From NCBI RefSeq assembly GCF_006345805.1, contig NC_043000.1, forward strand, positions 144,522,001-144,586,000: DNA of 64,000 nucleotides, in the 5' to 3' direction. The notes under the pieces are model-generated. The model worked only from the letters and a program-made list of their open reading frames with translations, was not told the origin of the DNA and ran no database searches. Below, in pieces: positions 41,181-54,544 of the stretch. The stretch's first letter is position 1. Every line of letters begins with the position of its first letter. Both the position numbers and the translations under genes were made by a program. Source of the DNA: Octopus sinensis (lineage: Eukaryota).

Positions 41181-41865
41181 TATATATATATATATATTTA
41201 AGAACATACCAACATTAATTATTTTCTTTTCCATACATATAATTATATGTATATATCTGTAGGTATTAATATGTATGTGCATTATTGGGTGTTAGTATTT
41301 CTTTATCAATTTACTGAATATTTCAATATTAATATTGCGTCTATTAGCGTCACTTTACGCTATATGAAGTAGAAAGAGTACCCAATCATATTTAAATACT
41401 TTATGCAATGAATAAGTCATGAAAAAAAAATTCTTAGAACCCACGAAACAACTGCGACACTATAGAAAATTGTACTATGAAATATTGTGTATTCAAAGCT
41501 AACGAATATTTCGTATATATGTATGTGTATACGTGTATGTATGTATGCATGTATGTATACACGTGCGTATACATATTCGTACAAGCATACGCATATATAT
41601 ATATATATATCAATGCAGATGCATATGTACATATCAATACATATATAGATGAATATTTATACATATGTGTGTGTACCTGTGTGTTTGTGAGTGCCTATGT
41701 GTGTGTGCGTTTGTATGTGTGTGTGTGTATCTACATATATGTTGGATCTCTGTTAACCTTATGCATATTGATAATATGTAAATTCCCATCCCCTGATAAT
41801 TTCCATGCAAGTCATATAAGCTTGTCTGAATAATATCAATATATTTTGTAATTATCTAAAAAAAA

Positions 41866-41898
<33 letters not shown>

Positions 41899-42139
41899 CT
41901 AAACCTTAGAAGAATGTGATTGATGCGGAGACGGATATTTGTATATAATACAACAAATATCTTGTATTGATACGTATATTCTCCGAAAAGTGATTTCGGT
42001 TGCTCGCCCAATTACTTAGCAATAAACAACACACAAGATCTAAATAATGTAGAAAATTAAAGGGGAAATAAAAGGAGAAAGACCAAAGCAAATCAGACAA
42101 GATCGGGTATAACACTATACTTTTTTTATTTTATTTTTT

Positions 42140-42515
42140 TATTCGTTTCAGTCTTTTGACTGCGGCCATGCTGGAGCACCGCCTTTAATAGAACAAATCG
42201 GCGCCAGGACTTATTCTTTGTGAGCATAGAACTTATTCTAGTATTTTTGCTGAAACGCTAAGTTACGGGGACGTAAACACACCAGCATCGGTTGTCAGGT
42301 GATGTTGGGGGGACTAACACAGACACACAAACATATACATATATATATATAAAAACGAAGGGTTTCTTTCAGTTTCCGTCTACCAAATCTACTCACAAGG
42401 CTTTCGTCGGCCCGAGGCTATAGTAGAAAACTCTTGCTCGCGGTTCTACGCAGTGGGACTGAACACGGAACCGTTTGGTTGGTAAGCAAGCTACTTATCA
42501 CAGAGTCATTCCTGA
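42140..42515 (-). mobile_element. SINE-like family B copy
   Basis: Reverse complement of the family B sequence. Confidence 0.85.
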
Positions 42516-42637
42516 GACGATACTAAATATTATAAAAGATTCCAGTCCTGCGTATGTATACCCTCATATTTGTGCACGTCTGATTATATATTTGTATGTA
42601 TGTGTATGCATGCATTCTTTTATTCTTTTATTTTTTT

Positions 42638-42800
42638 TATTTTACTTGCTTCAGTCATTTGAACAAACCGACCCTAGGACTTATTTTTTGAAAGCCTAGT
42701 ACTTATGTTATCGGTTTTTTTCGCCGAACCGCTTGGTTAATAGGACGTAAACACACCAACACCGATTGTCAAGCGATGTTTGAGGGAGAAAGACAAATGT
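42638..42800 (-). mobile_element. SINE-like family B, 3'-half fragment
   Basis: ttacttgcttcagtcatt...ggacttatt...gccgaaccgct...acgtaaacacaccaacaccgattgtcaagcgatg. Confidence 0.75.
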
Positions 42801-43080
42801 ATGCACATATCTATATGTATCGATATGTATTTGGAGTGTTTTGGATATTCCTTGATACCGCTTTAATATTTGCAGAGAGTATTTTTCCCCAAAGAGTTAA
42901 GATTGAAGAAAGTACCCGTTTAGAAAGTCGAAAGGCACTAACCTTTGGGAAGAGATTTCACAATATGTGTGTGGTTTTTCCTTTAATAGATATGCAATCG
43001 ATTTCAGTTCTTAACGTTTTCAGGCACGTGTTATTATATATAATGAAAGTTGTTTTCGGTAAAATTGTTGTCGACTATTT

Positions 43081-43730
43081 CTGGTTTAGTTTCGGACTCA
43101 GAAATCTTATGGAATATTCTTCTTTTGCCTTCTGGAGAAGATCGTTCCCTTCATTTATTTCATGAAGAGAGAAAATAGTAAATTTTCCTTGTGCACAGAT
43201 GTCCAAAATCGCTACATGGCATGCATCTAAGTGCAGGATATTTTATTTGTCTGTGTTCATTTAACCTGTTGGTTAATTTCGTTTTTGTTTCCCCAATATA
43301 GTGTTCATTGCATCCCACCACTTCCGTCCTGTAGTTCACGTGGATTCCTGGCACATGTGAGTTCATTAGGATGAGATATCTTTCTGCAATACACAATTTA
43401 CATAGCTTTGTTGCATTGCGATACGGTCCACAGGTTTCCAATAATTTCCACCTGATGTTGAAGGGCTATGATCGTCATTTAGGACGCTGCGAGTGTCGTT
43501 GTATTGCATCTTTCCGGCACCCCGAAAGAAGATCTGTGGTTGTTGAGGCGAATTTTTAATTTGGATTCACAAGATCCGGCATAAATTTTAGTTTGTGTCT
43601 CTGTGTTGACATTGTTGTTACTGTGATTATTGCTGATTCTGCTTCAGGATACTTTGCATAGTACACTGTAGCCTCGGAGTTCATGTGTTTTTTTAAAACA
43701 ACATTTGCATTGAACAGTCAATGTTTCACG
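43081..43730 (-). pseudogene. Penelope-like fragment with two consecutive GIY-YIG-type domains
   Basis: Domain 1: KIYAGSCESKLKIRLNNHRSSF...TTLA...PFNIRWKLLETCGPYRNATKLCKLCIAERYLIL...NYRTEVVGC; domain 2 follows in frame: NEHYIGETKTKLTNRLNEHRQ, frameshift, then DICAQGKFTIFSLHEI...KAKEEYSIRFLSPKLN. Confidence 0.8.
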
Positions 43731-43774
43731 CTAACCATCCATACATGAAACCAAATGTATTACTTTAACTTTGC

Positions 43775-43813
<39 letters not shown>

Positions 43814-43827
43814 ACAACACATATATG

Positions 43828-43860
<33 letters not shown>

Positions 43861-43899
43861 ATGTATATGTATATGTATATATATATATATTCAATATGT

Positions 43900-44095
43900 T
43901 ACCGCGTTTGTATCGTTGGCGATTTTTTTCCTCCGTCTTCCCTTCCTTCGATCTTTTCTTTTCCTCTGCTTCTGACGAAACGTTACATCCTCCTCCTTTC
44001 TTTCGTTTTCTGAGCGTCCAATACCACTATACTTTTTCCACGTCCTCGCGCTGTTGTGTTTTCTCTTTGTGTTTTCATGTTTGGATTAACTTTAT
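43900..44095 (+). mobile_element. Short inter-microsatellite repeat with a deleted hammerhead remnant
   Basis: cttCTGACGA|AACGT lacking stem II, followed by gagcgtccaatac...ttggattaactttata; same layout as the minus strand of 3220-3360. Confidence 0.45.
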
Positions 44096-44996
44096 AAATA
44101 TATGTATGTGTATATATTATATATATATATATTATATATATATATGAATGTATATAATTATACTCACAGACTTACATAAGCATGGGCTTGTGTGTATGCC
44201 TGTAGCAACAAAGAGAAAGGTGAAGAGAAACGAAGATTAAGAGAGCAGTACATGACAGAATGCTAAAGGAACAATTTGATATATGTTCATATATAAATAG
44301 AATTATATACACATATTGTATTTATAATCACGGCTTATGTATGTATGAACTATTATATTTAGAAACGAATTTTGCACTAATCATGTAAACCAGGAAAGCA
44401 TAAAAATGTAGACATCTATCTTCCGTTTTTTTTTTTGTTTTTCGCAATTTAATAAGTAATGAAAGTATAGGTTACACAACGCTTAATATAAACGTTAAAA
44501 ACGTTTTAGTATTCCTCAAATATCGTATGATTATTAAACAGACAAAACATAAGCAAAGATGAGTATCTCCAGACGGGAATGACAAAAGAAATTATATAAT
44601 GGAAGATATGATAACGTTTGCTCGAATGATTTGAATGGATTTATAATCATATCGTCAGCGGAGTTATGCAATGTATTATAAACGGAAGCAACAAACTGTC
44701 TATAAAACGAACATCAATCTTTTGCAAATTTAATGCTAATTCAAGGTATATTAGTATTTGATTATAGGAAAAGAATGAGTCATCAAAGAGAGAATTTGTA
44801 TAAGCCAAATGCTTCTGCTCTCATATGTTTATGTATTCAATGCTTCCACTATCGTTCTTCCCTATCACGTATTTTTTTGATCAATTCTGTAATATTGTAG
44901 AAAGCGTGGTAAAATCGTTTTACGCAATGTCTTAATCAATGATGGTAGAGAAACGTTCTAAATCAAAATGAAGAAACCAGATTAGGAAAAGAGTAA

Positions 44997-45557
44997 TACT
45001 CTTTTACTCTTTTACTCTTTTACTTGTTTCAGTCATTTGACCGCGGCCATGCTGGAGCACCGCCTTTAATCGAGCAACTCGACCCCGGGACTTATTCTTT
45101 TGTAAGCCCAGTACTTATCCTATCGGTCTCTTTTTGCCGAACCGCTAAGTAACAGGGACATAAGCACACCAGCATCGGTTGTCAAGCAATGCTAGGGGGA
45201 CAAACACAGACACACAAACACACACATGCACATTATATATATAAATAAATATATATATATATATATATATAATATATTATATATATATAATATATATATA
45301 CACATATATATATATTAAAATATATATATATATATATATATATTATTATATATATATATATATTATATATATATTATATATATATTACATATATACGACG
45401 GACTTCTTTCAGTTTCCGTCTACCAAATCCACTCACAAGGCATTGGTCGGCCCGAGGCTATAGTAGAAGACACTTACCAAGGTGCACGCAGTGGGACTGA
45501 ACCCGGAACCATGTGGTTGGTAAACAAGCTACTTACCACACAGCCACTCCTGCGCCT
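44997..45557 (-). mobile_element. SINE-like family B, full length, long internal AT tract, (AAAGAGTA)n tail
   Basis: Reverse complement of the family B sequence; tail repeats tactcttt at about 44997-45020. Confidence 0.92.
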
Positions 45558-45721
45558 ATATCATATTTCCCATTTTATCTTCATCCACCATAAATAAGCA
45601 TTTGGACGCATTTCATATATCACCAGGATATGTTACACTAGGCAACAAATCTCAACTTTTGTTTTCTTTCATACACCTAAACTTGTGCTTCTTACCAAAT
45701 TCCGATGCTACTTTAAGATCT

Positions 45722-45978
45722 GTGGAGGCGCGTGGTTCAGTGGTTAGGGTGCCAGCATCATGATCGTAAGATTGTGGTTTCGATTCCTGGACCGGGCGAT
45801 GCATTGTGTTCTTGAGCAAGACACTTCATTTCACGTTGTTCCAGTCCACTCAGCTTGTAAAAATGAGTATCGTTGCCATGGACTGGCGTCCCGTTCAGCT
45901 GGGGAACACATACTCCATCGAAACCGGGAAACCGGGCCATGAGCCTGGCTAGGCTTTAAAAGGGCACAAGAAGACGAA
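45722..45978 (+). mobile_element. tRNA-headed SINE family D, full length
   Basis: Head gtggaggcgcgtggttcagtggttaggg...ggtttcgattcctggacc; 10-bp target-site duplication tttaagatct at 45712-45721 and 45979-45988; short aagaagacgaa tail. Confidence 0.9.
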
Positions 45979-46272
45979 TTTAAGATCTAATACCTATATT
46001 TCTCTAACACGTCCAGATTTGTGTAACCGAAAACCCCTATTATTTATCCCCCCCCCGCGCTTCAATTACTAAAGACGTCTAAGTTACTTTTCCGTGCCAC
46101 GTGTTAAGTTAAGCATGCTGAAATAATTAGTGAACATGGATATCTTTTCTATTTTATTCTGACTTAAAACAGACAGCGAATTCCACTGACGGAGTTACCA
46201 CACTTCCGCACATCGCATCCAGCCAAAGCGCGTCAGCATTTTTTGTTACTACCGAAAAGCAATTTCCTGTTC

Positions 46273-46520
46273 TTAAGTGAAATCTTGGTGTTTCCTCTTC
46301 CTTTGTTGCTTGTAAGATAATGCGCTCTCCATCTTCAGGAGCCAGGAATAATCTCTCATCAAGCTTGCATGGAAATTACTTTGGTATCTGTTTTCTGTAA
46401 CTGAGATCTGTTGGTAGAAGCGCTCAACATGCTCATCACTCACGGCGTTGAGGTTCGTCCGGAAGAACTCGGGGTGAGAATGTAACAAATACCTTTTCAA
46501 ATACATTCTACAACACATAT
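46273..46520 (-). pseudogene. DNA transposase C-terminal fragment, probably Chapaev3-type (CMC superfamily)
   Basis: ORF LLHSHPEFFRTNLNAVSDEHVERFYQQISVTENRYQSNFHASLMRDYSWLLK fits the motif HFLHSHLDFF..NLGAVSDEHGERFHQDI..ME.RYQG; the family label is from recall. Confidence 0.7.
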
Positions 46521-46599
46521 TTTCATAAGATTTTCAACGACTTTAGGGTGGTTTTCAACTTAGTGATTTTCAGGAAAAGTTTTCAACAAAAGATGGCCA

Positions 46600-46890
46600 G
46601 TGGCGTGAGTGGCTGTGCGGTTCTGGGTTCAGTCCCACTGCATGTTACTATGGGCAAGTGCCTTCTACTATAGCCTCAGGCTGACCAAAACCTTGTGTGT
46701 GGATTTAGCTGACAGAAACTGAAAGACGTATGTCGTAACATAGTGGTTCGGGAAAAGAGACCCATAGAATAATTACTAGGATTACAAAGAATAAGTCCTG
46801 AAGAATAAGAATAGGTCGATTTGTTCGACTAAAGGCGGTGCTCAAGCATAGCCGCAGTGAAATTACTGAAACAAATAAAAGAATAAAAGA
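46600..46890 (+). mobile_element. SINE-like family B, internally deleted old copy
   Basis: Head, body and tail segments present; the microsatellite-bearing middle is absent. Confidence 0.75.
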
Positions 46891-46954
46891 ATGCTCCCAG
46901 TTCATTCTCATTTAGATTAGATTGAAACGATGACTCGTGGATGAAACAGCAAAA

Positions 46955-47140
46955 GTGAAGGCGCTGTGTCCCAGTGGGTAGGGCAGCGGTCACGCGATTG
47001 CAAGAACACGGTTTCGATTCCCAGACCGGGCATTGGGAGTATATTTTGAGCAAAAACACCTGAGCTCTACGAGGCCCCGATGGTTATGACGGGGAACACC
47101 GCTGTACTCTTTCACCACAGCTTTCTCTCACTCTTTCTTT
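46955..47140 (+). mobile_element. SINE family C 5' module, diverged, followed by unrelated sequence running to a (GAA)n tract
   Basis: gtgaaggcgctgtgtcccagtgggtagggcagcgg...ggtttcgattcccagaccgggc...gctgtactctttcaccacagctttctctcactct. Confidence 0.8.
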
Positions 47141-47429
47141 CTACTTCTGCCACAAAGCAGAGGAACCATGGTGTAATCCACTACGGTGTGGTAAACTTTC
47201 AGACCCTAGTTTAGATTGCGGATCATCTGTACCCCAGGATGGTTCAGCTCTCCACCAGTTAAAAGCAAGCGTTTATGGAATGAGGATAACAGCATAGCTT
47301 TAGCGCCCGTGCAACCGCTAGTCTATCGCGTGTGGTGGGTGGATCTTCAAGTTGTCGCACTCATTCTTAGTAGCTTAGAGTAGGCTTGAATTAGAGATTA
47401 TTCTTTGTGGCTAATGGCGTGAGTCCTGA

Positions 47430-47432
47430 TTG

Positions 47433-47464
<32 letters not shown>

Positions 47465-47590
47465 AGAAGAAGAAGAAGAAGAAGAAGAAGGAGAAGAAGA
47501 AGAAGAGAAGAAGAAGAAGAAGAAGAAGAAGAAGAGAAAAGAAGAAGAAGAAGAAAGAAGAAGAAGAAGAAGAAGAAGAAGAAGAAGAAG
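47430..47590. repeat. (GAA)n microsatellite
   Basis: Directly visible. Confidence 0.95.
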
Positions 47591-48132
47591 ACAAACCAGA
47601 TCTGTGGTCCAGTAAAATTTCCAGCTTCTAGCTAAGCAATCTGTCAATATCCCTCTGAATTCATCTTTTAAATATTGGAAACCACTACCTCGAGCTTACG
47701 AATTATTCCATAAGGCTAAGTTTAATGTGAAGTAGTGGAAGATTCACTTTCTAGGATCTAAAAGGTGCTCGGAAAATTTTATTCTTGAAGATTTTTACCG
47801 AATAACTTTGCCTTTTCTTTTGATAATTCTACTTGACTAAAGTGGGGATCTTGTTGTTTCTGGAACAGTAAGGTGGTATGGCTCGGTCGTGGCTCAATTG
47901 TTGTGGGTGGTAGACGTCTGTTTTGTTTAGCCTTCCCATGTAACTAATGCACTTCGAGTTTTGATATAATGCATATTGTAACGGAGACTGCCTGACATGT
48001 TATATTTTTAATGTAAATATTCATCATAGATGTTAAAAATTTCCCCAAAATATTGTATTATGTAAGTATTTTCAAAATAAATGTGATGTGAATCTAAGAT
48101 TTTCTTAATTTTATCATTTATTTTACTATATT

Positions 48133-48550
48133 CTTTTACTCTATTACTCTATTACTTGTTTCAGTCATTTGACTGCGGCCATGCTGGAGCACTACCTTTA
48201 GTCGAGCAAATCGACCCCGGGACTTATTCTTTGTAAGCCCAGTACTTATTCTATCGGTCTCTTTTACCGAACCGCTAAGTGACGGGGACGTAAACACACC
48301 AGTATCGGTTGTCAAGCACTGCTAGAGGGACAAACACAGACACACAAACATATACACACACATACATACATATATATACATATATACGACAGGCTTCTTT
48401 CAGTTTCCGTCTACCAAATCCACTCACAAGGCTTTGGTCGGCCCGAGGCTATAGCAGAAGACACTTGCCCAAGATGCCACGCAGTGGGACTGAACCCGGA
48501 ACCATGTGGTTGGTAAGCAAGCTACTTACCACACAGCCACTCCTGCGCCT
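48133..48550 (-). mobile_element. SINE-like family B, full-length young copy
   Basis: Reverse complement of the family B sequence, very close to 6304-6715. Confidence 0.92.
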
Positions 48551-50445
48551 ATAGTTTAATATTAATATCAATCAACTACAAGCGTTTCAAAGTTCTCAGC
48601 AGTGATTGCAGATATATCCTGAACCAACAGAATGAGTATATTTTACATAATACTAAAACTGTAACCATTTTTGCATTGGAGTATGACACACTATATTCGG
48701 AAAGATTTAGGTGACTGACGAAGCGTTAAGCAGTGACAAACATCTAAATATAAATGCCTAGAGTAAGTATAATGCCTTTGATTTTCCCGTATCGTTTTCA
48801 AATGCAAAAACAAGACTTGCTACCCACTAAGAAGCCAAAACGATGCGCATCGTTACATTTCCACGACCTTATAGTACTGAACAAAATTTTAGCACGAATG
48901 GATTAACGAAAAATGTCATTCGAAGGACGATATTCAACATTTCTTCGGAAACAGTCATCACAAATAGTAGAAAGTAGGTCGGACAAGTAGGATCAAATCT
49001 TGACGGATACTTTAGATCAAGCGGTAGGTGAGGTGTTATCATGTCTTGAGTAGTGGTAATAGAGATGACGTGATTTCAAACAATGTAGTGGTAATTGAGT
49101 GTGCAAAATGGTGAGAGACATGTTGATGATAATGAGGATACTGTTGGTCCTGGAGGTGATGATTTAATAATAACGAAGACAAAGACGATGCTAAATTGAT
49201 TGCGGTGAGGAGCATGCTGGGGTGATGTTAGATAATGAAGGTAAAATTGCTGTAAATGTCTTGTTTTAATGAAAGTTATGTTGACGGTAATGGTCTACAC
49301 ATTATTAATGAGGTGGAAACGGAGGTAATGATCTTGACTCCAATGATGTCGTCGCCTTCAATGAGAATGATGAAATTATGTATGCAAAAGATCCCATTAA
49401 CCTTATGAGAAAGGCCATTGAAAATCTTCAAGGTGTTCATTCATGTTTTACTATAGACAAAGCTTTACTAGTGCTTATTATAATCTCTTTCAGATATCAA
49501 ATGCTTTACGTGCATAATATTCTAAATATCCTGAATGTGTCCAGTCAAAATTCCATTGCAGTTAACTTCATTTTTGCTAAATCTAGATCGATTAAATAAA
49601 ATATTTAGTCAAAAACTGCGGACAATGCAATCCAAAATTTTGAGGGTTATGCAAAATCATTTCCATTATTATTTTAGAAGGTGTCACTTAATGCATTCAC
49701 TTAAATTGATTACAAATTTATAAGTAAGGGGATTGTTAAAGTGTAATGGACTAGAAATATATCGCAGTTATAAAAGAGCATGATAAACAAAGATTTTTTT
49801 TTTGAAAGTGGTGTTTTTGACGCTGTATATGTAATGGACGAGAAATGTTTGAAATGCAATGCAAGCAACGCGTATGGTATTTTATGCCTTCCGTGTCATT
49901 CCTCTCATATTTTAGTAGCTTACGTGTTAATTTACGGAATAAATTCTGAGACCACCCTGCCGAGACAGTTTTCGGTATATACCTTATTGAACTGCCTATT
50001 ATTTCTTTCACACTGGGTGTTATTTATCACCCAGAACACCGAGAAGACGTTTAACGCATTTGATTAAGATATCATTAGATACAAACATATGAAAATAAAT
50101 GAATAATTCAATAAAAGTGTATACGATGAAGCAGAAAAATGCAACAAAACAATAACAATAACATTATTACTTATAAACATTAATAAAAATAATGCAGACG
50201 TTATAAATGTCGGAAATATTTATCACGATTCTTGAACATTTCATAGGCAGATTTGAATATAGAATGCTATCTGTTACTGTTGCAGTAACATCTTTTTATT
50301 GTCCTGTCTGGTGATACCTACCTACCTATCTACTTACCTACGTACATACATACATATGTACACACACTAAGACGCATATACATATATACATAGAAACAAA
50401 TATATAAATGCATATGTATAAATATATATATATATGTATATATAT

Positions 50446-50498
<53 letters not shown>

Positions 50499-50563
50499 TA
50501 TATATATACGTATATATATATATATATATATATCTATATATATATATATATATAATATATATA

Positions 50564-50594
<31 letters not shown>

Positions 50595-51184
50595 TATATA
50601 CGTAATATATATATATATATTATATATATATATATATACGCATATTTGTACATATACGCATACATGCATAATTTACAAGCAACGAGTACCGAATATATCG
50701 TTAAAAGATCTAATTACATATAATTTTGAGAACAAATATCATTCATTAAAAAGTGGCGAAATCAATTACTTTTATAGAATTCATAATAAAATCCTCAAAT
50801 ATTTTTTTGTTTTTGTAATTGCCAAGCATATAAAGTTGGCTTAGATACAACGTATAAATATATATCATTTTGTGGAAATTGTAGGAGTCTATTTTAGAAT
50901 GTCTGCTACACATATACACTCCATAATATATTTATGTTTTCCTAAGTTTTATTTTTCTATTAAAATCACGCTGGAAACAATGATAACATTTAACATTATG
51001 ATGGCCCTTAAGAAAACAAGTAGATACAAAAACGAAAAACATTTACACTCACACACGCACACACATAGACACACGCACAGACACACACACACATACGCAC
51101 GCACACAGTTTCTCTATGTCGATATGTGTATGCATGTATGTGTTTGATCATATATGTTTATATGCTTTGATACACACACACACC

Positions 51185-51242
<58 letters not shown>

Positions 51243-52657
51243 TATGTACCAAGGTGTATAAACAATGCAATCAGATGAATATGAAATCTCAAATTTTAGA
51301 TATAGCCTCTCCGAATTTTTCAGTGTGTTTCGGTCGACGATTAAATGATATTTTTGTAGCATCATAACGGACTTTTGTTGGCAGGTTAAGAGTAGTAGGA
51401 ACATATCATTACACAATGTATAAATAGTTCCAATGTTAAACTTATAATTTTACTGTGTTTTCCATTGAAAAAAATATTTCGTATTCCTACTGCAGTTTAA
51501 TTGAATATATCCTTATTATTATTACAACTATAAACACTCAATTATGGTTTCCTATTGCTTAGTCCATATTATTTATATCATCATCAATTTATCATTCGCA
51601 TTGTAACAGTTATTTCATTTTCTTTATCAGCAAACTATATTTATACATTCAATTCAATTCACTTTCGTAGCATAGCAATAAGCTTCTATTGTCATTGCCA
51701 CTTTTATTTTACCCACCTGCACATGCTAATCGTATTTCTACAAATATCACAATTTAAAATGTACTTCCCTGCCTTCTTATATCTCTCTGTGTCTACACAT
51801 AAATCATATAAAATCTATTTCCTGTAATTTCCTCCCACCTTCGATATTTCTCACTATTTTCTGTACCGTTACGGATTTTCAAAAACAGTCATCTGCATTA
51901 AAGAAAAACACTGGTTTATCATAATTCATATACATTTAACGACGAAGGCCATCAATCGCCAAATATATTCAAACAATTTAGCAAGTAAGAACCTTCCGTA
52001 AGATATAACTGTAACCCACAAATAATATTAAAATCAAGAGCATGTAATACTAAAACTTCTCTCTACTATAGGCACAAAGCCTTACATTCAAAGGGAGTCG
52101 GCTAGTCTTCCCTGGTGTTCGACAAGTTCTTATTTCATCATCCCGGAAAGGAATGAACGAAAATTGAACTTTGGTAATACTTGTTCTCACAACGTAAAAT
52201 CGGAAATATAATATACGGCTAAACGTTTTATCACAGGTGGTACCGATTCTGACACCTCACCGCATTTGGATACACTAATAATATACGCAAAACACACGCA
52301 CATACACACACACAGAAACCAACACACACACACACGCACATGGGTACATATGAGTTTGTGCATGTCAAAGAGAGAGAGAGTGGAGGAGGGGCAGGGGTCT
52401 AAAAACTTAGCAACAGATGCTTCAGTGCGAATTTGAACAAAATGAAATGCGGCTGAAATGAAGATATTTAAAAATGAATGGAAACTTCTTGGTCTCGTAT
52501 CAGAATTTATAATATGTTTAGAAGACTGGCTGAAAATAATTCCTTTTGGAATATTTATACGAGGCTGTGACAAAAGTTGCTAGAATACATTATAACTAAT
52601 TTATGGCATAATGATTTATCTTCATCATCCATTAAAATCTATTGAACAAATGACAGT

Positions 52658-53047
52658 GTGTGGAAGCACTCCGTCGGTTACGACGACGAGGGTTCCGGTT
52701 GATCCGAATCAACAGAACAGCCTGCTCGTGAAATTAACGTGTAAGTGGCTGAGCACTCCACAGACACGTGTACCCTTAACGTAGTTCTCGGGGATATTCA
52801 GCGTGACACAGAGAGTGACAAGGCCGGCCCTTTGAAATACAGGTACAACAGAAACAGGAAGTAAGATTGAGAGAAAGTTGTGGTGAAAGAGTACAGCAGG
52901 GATCACCACCATCCCCTGCCGGAGCCTCATGGAGCTTTTAGGTGTTTTCGCTCAATAAACACTCACAACGCCCGGTCTGGGAATCGAAACCGCGATCCTA
53001 TGACCGCGAGTCCGCTGCCCTAACCACTGGGCCATTGCGCCTCCACT
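52658..53047 (-). mobile_element. tRNA-derived SINE family C, full length
   Basis: About 97 percent identical to 8483-8869 by manual count; 12-bp target-site duplication acaaatgacagt at 52646-52657 and 53048-53059. Confidence 0.95.
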
Positions 53048-53244
53048 ACAAATGACAGTTATACAGACTTAGATGGCTACATAATATTCTTTTATTCCGT
53101 CATACGCTCTCCGCCTCTATATCTCTCGTAGTCATCTATTTCTACAACCATATGTTCATTGCGTACGTGTATGTGCATGCGTGTACTCGCGTATGTATGT
53201 ACATGTATATGTATGTATGTATGTATATATGTATATATATTCAT

Positions 53245-53720
53245 GTCAGGTCACTTTCGAGTCCTTCTGGTAACATGTAACACAGTACAACATGTTGCAT
53301 GGTCTGGCCGTCGGCGACTAAACCGGCAAAACCACCAAGCTTGCTTGGTGAGGAGCGTGTTTATTGGACACCCTACGGGATGAAAAACAAAACCCGTCTA
53401 AGGGTGGAGGAAGTCTTGAGAGTCAACGGTCATCCAATAAATGTCTTAAAGCTATATCATGCGCGGGGACATAGAAATAATCGGACCGAATACCCGATCG
53501 CACGGTTAAACCATTGGGAGTGAAGGACTACTAGCCTTTGTTAGGGCACCTTTCTAGGAGAAGGTAACTGGGATAACTCCGACATAAAACCTGCGGCTCA
53601 GTGGTTACCGATGATGTCGACATGTTTTTCTTTTCGGATTATGGCTGCTGTTGCTTAGTGAGTGAGATTGACTCAGTGCACAGCCTTTTCTCACTTTAAA
53701 AAAATCTTCTTGCACAGGTA
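53245..53720 (+). mobile_element. Non-coding element resembling an RTE LINE 5' UTR
   Basis: Contains gggcacc.ttctaggagaaggtaact...taaaacc, resembling the conserved RTE 5' UTR motif; GC-richer than the flanks. Confidence 0.5.
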
Positions 53721-53784
53721 TTGCACGATAACATCATTGATTAAGCTTCGCGCAATGGCCATACTCGATAACGAGTGGGCAGTA

Positions 53785-53950
53785 ATTTAGGGGAGACGTA
53801 AGTCGATTCCATCCACGTTACGTAACTAGTACTTATTTAATCAATCAACATTGAGAGAATGAATGGCATTGTTGACCTTGGTGCAATTTGAGATCAGAAC
53901 GTAAATCCTGACGAAATAGCGCTAAGCATTTTGCCGGCATGTTAACGTTT
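53785..53950 (-). mobile_element. Old family A SINE copy truncated by the younger array
   Basis: gtaagtcgatt...gtacttatttaatc...gatcagaacgtaaa...gacgaaatagcgctaagcattttgccggcatgttaacgtttc. Confidence 0.65.
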
Positions 53951-53952
53951 CT

Positions 53953-54512
53953 TATTTCTTTACTGCCCACAAGGGGTTAAAACATAGAGGAGACAAACAA
54001 GGACAGACAAAGGGATTAAGTCAATTGCATCGACCCCAGTGCGTAACTTGTCCTTAATTTATCGACCCAGAAATTATGAAAGGCTAAGTTGACCTCGGCG
54101 GAATTTGAACTCAGAACGTAGTGGCAGAGGAAATACCTATTTCTTTACTATCCACATGAGTCTAAACACAGAGAGGACAAACAAGGACAGACAAACGGAT
54201 TAAGTCAATTATATCGACCGAAAGAATGAAAGGCAAAGTCGACCTCAGCGGAATTTGAACTCAGAACGTTAACGGCAGACGAAATACCTATTTCTTTACT
54301 ACTCACAAGGGGCTAAACACAGAGAGGACAAACAAGGACAGACAAACGGATTAAGTCGATTATATCGACCCCAGTGCGTAATTGGTACTTATTTAATCGA
54401 CCCCGAAAGGATAAAAGGCAAATCGACCTCGGCAGAATTTGAACTCAGAACGTAGCGGCAGACAAAATACCGCTAAGCATTGCGCCCGGCGTGCTAACGT
54501 TCCTGCCAGCTC
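53953..54512 (-). mobile_element. Head-to-tail array of three family A units with a single complete 5' head
   Basis: Units 53953-54137, 54138-54288 and 54289-54512; junctions gaaatacc|tatttctttact. Confidence 0.92.
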
Positions 54513-54544
54513 TTGGTATTTTTATCATACTAACATATAGGTTT

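Noticed and set aside
41900-42000. TTGATGC GGAGA...TCTCC GAAA hammerhead-like motif
   Set aside because: Stem I does not pair and the core has two changes; kept only as weak context for the 2943 variant.
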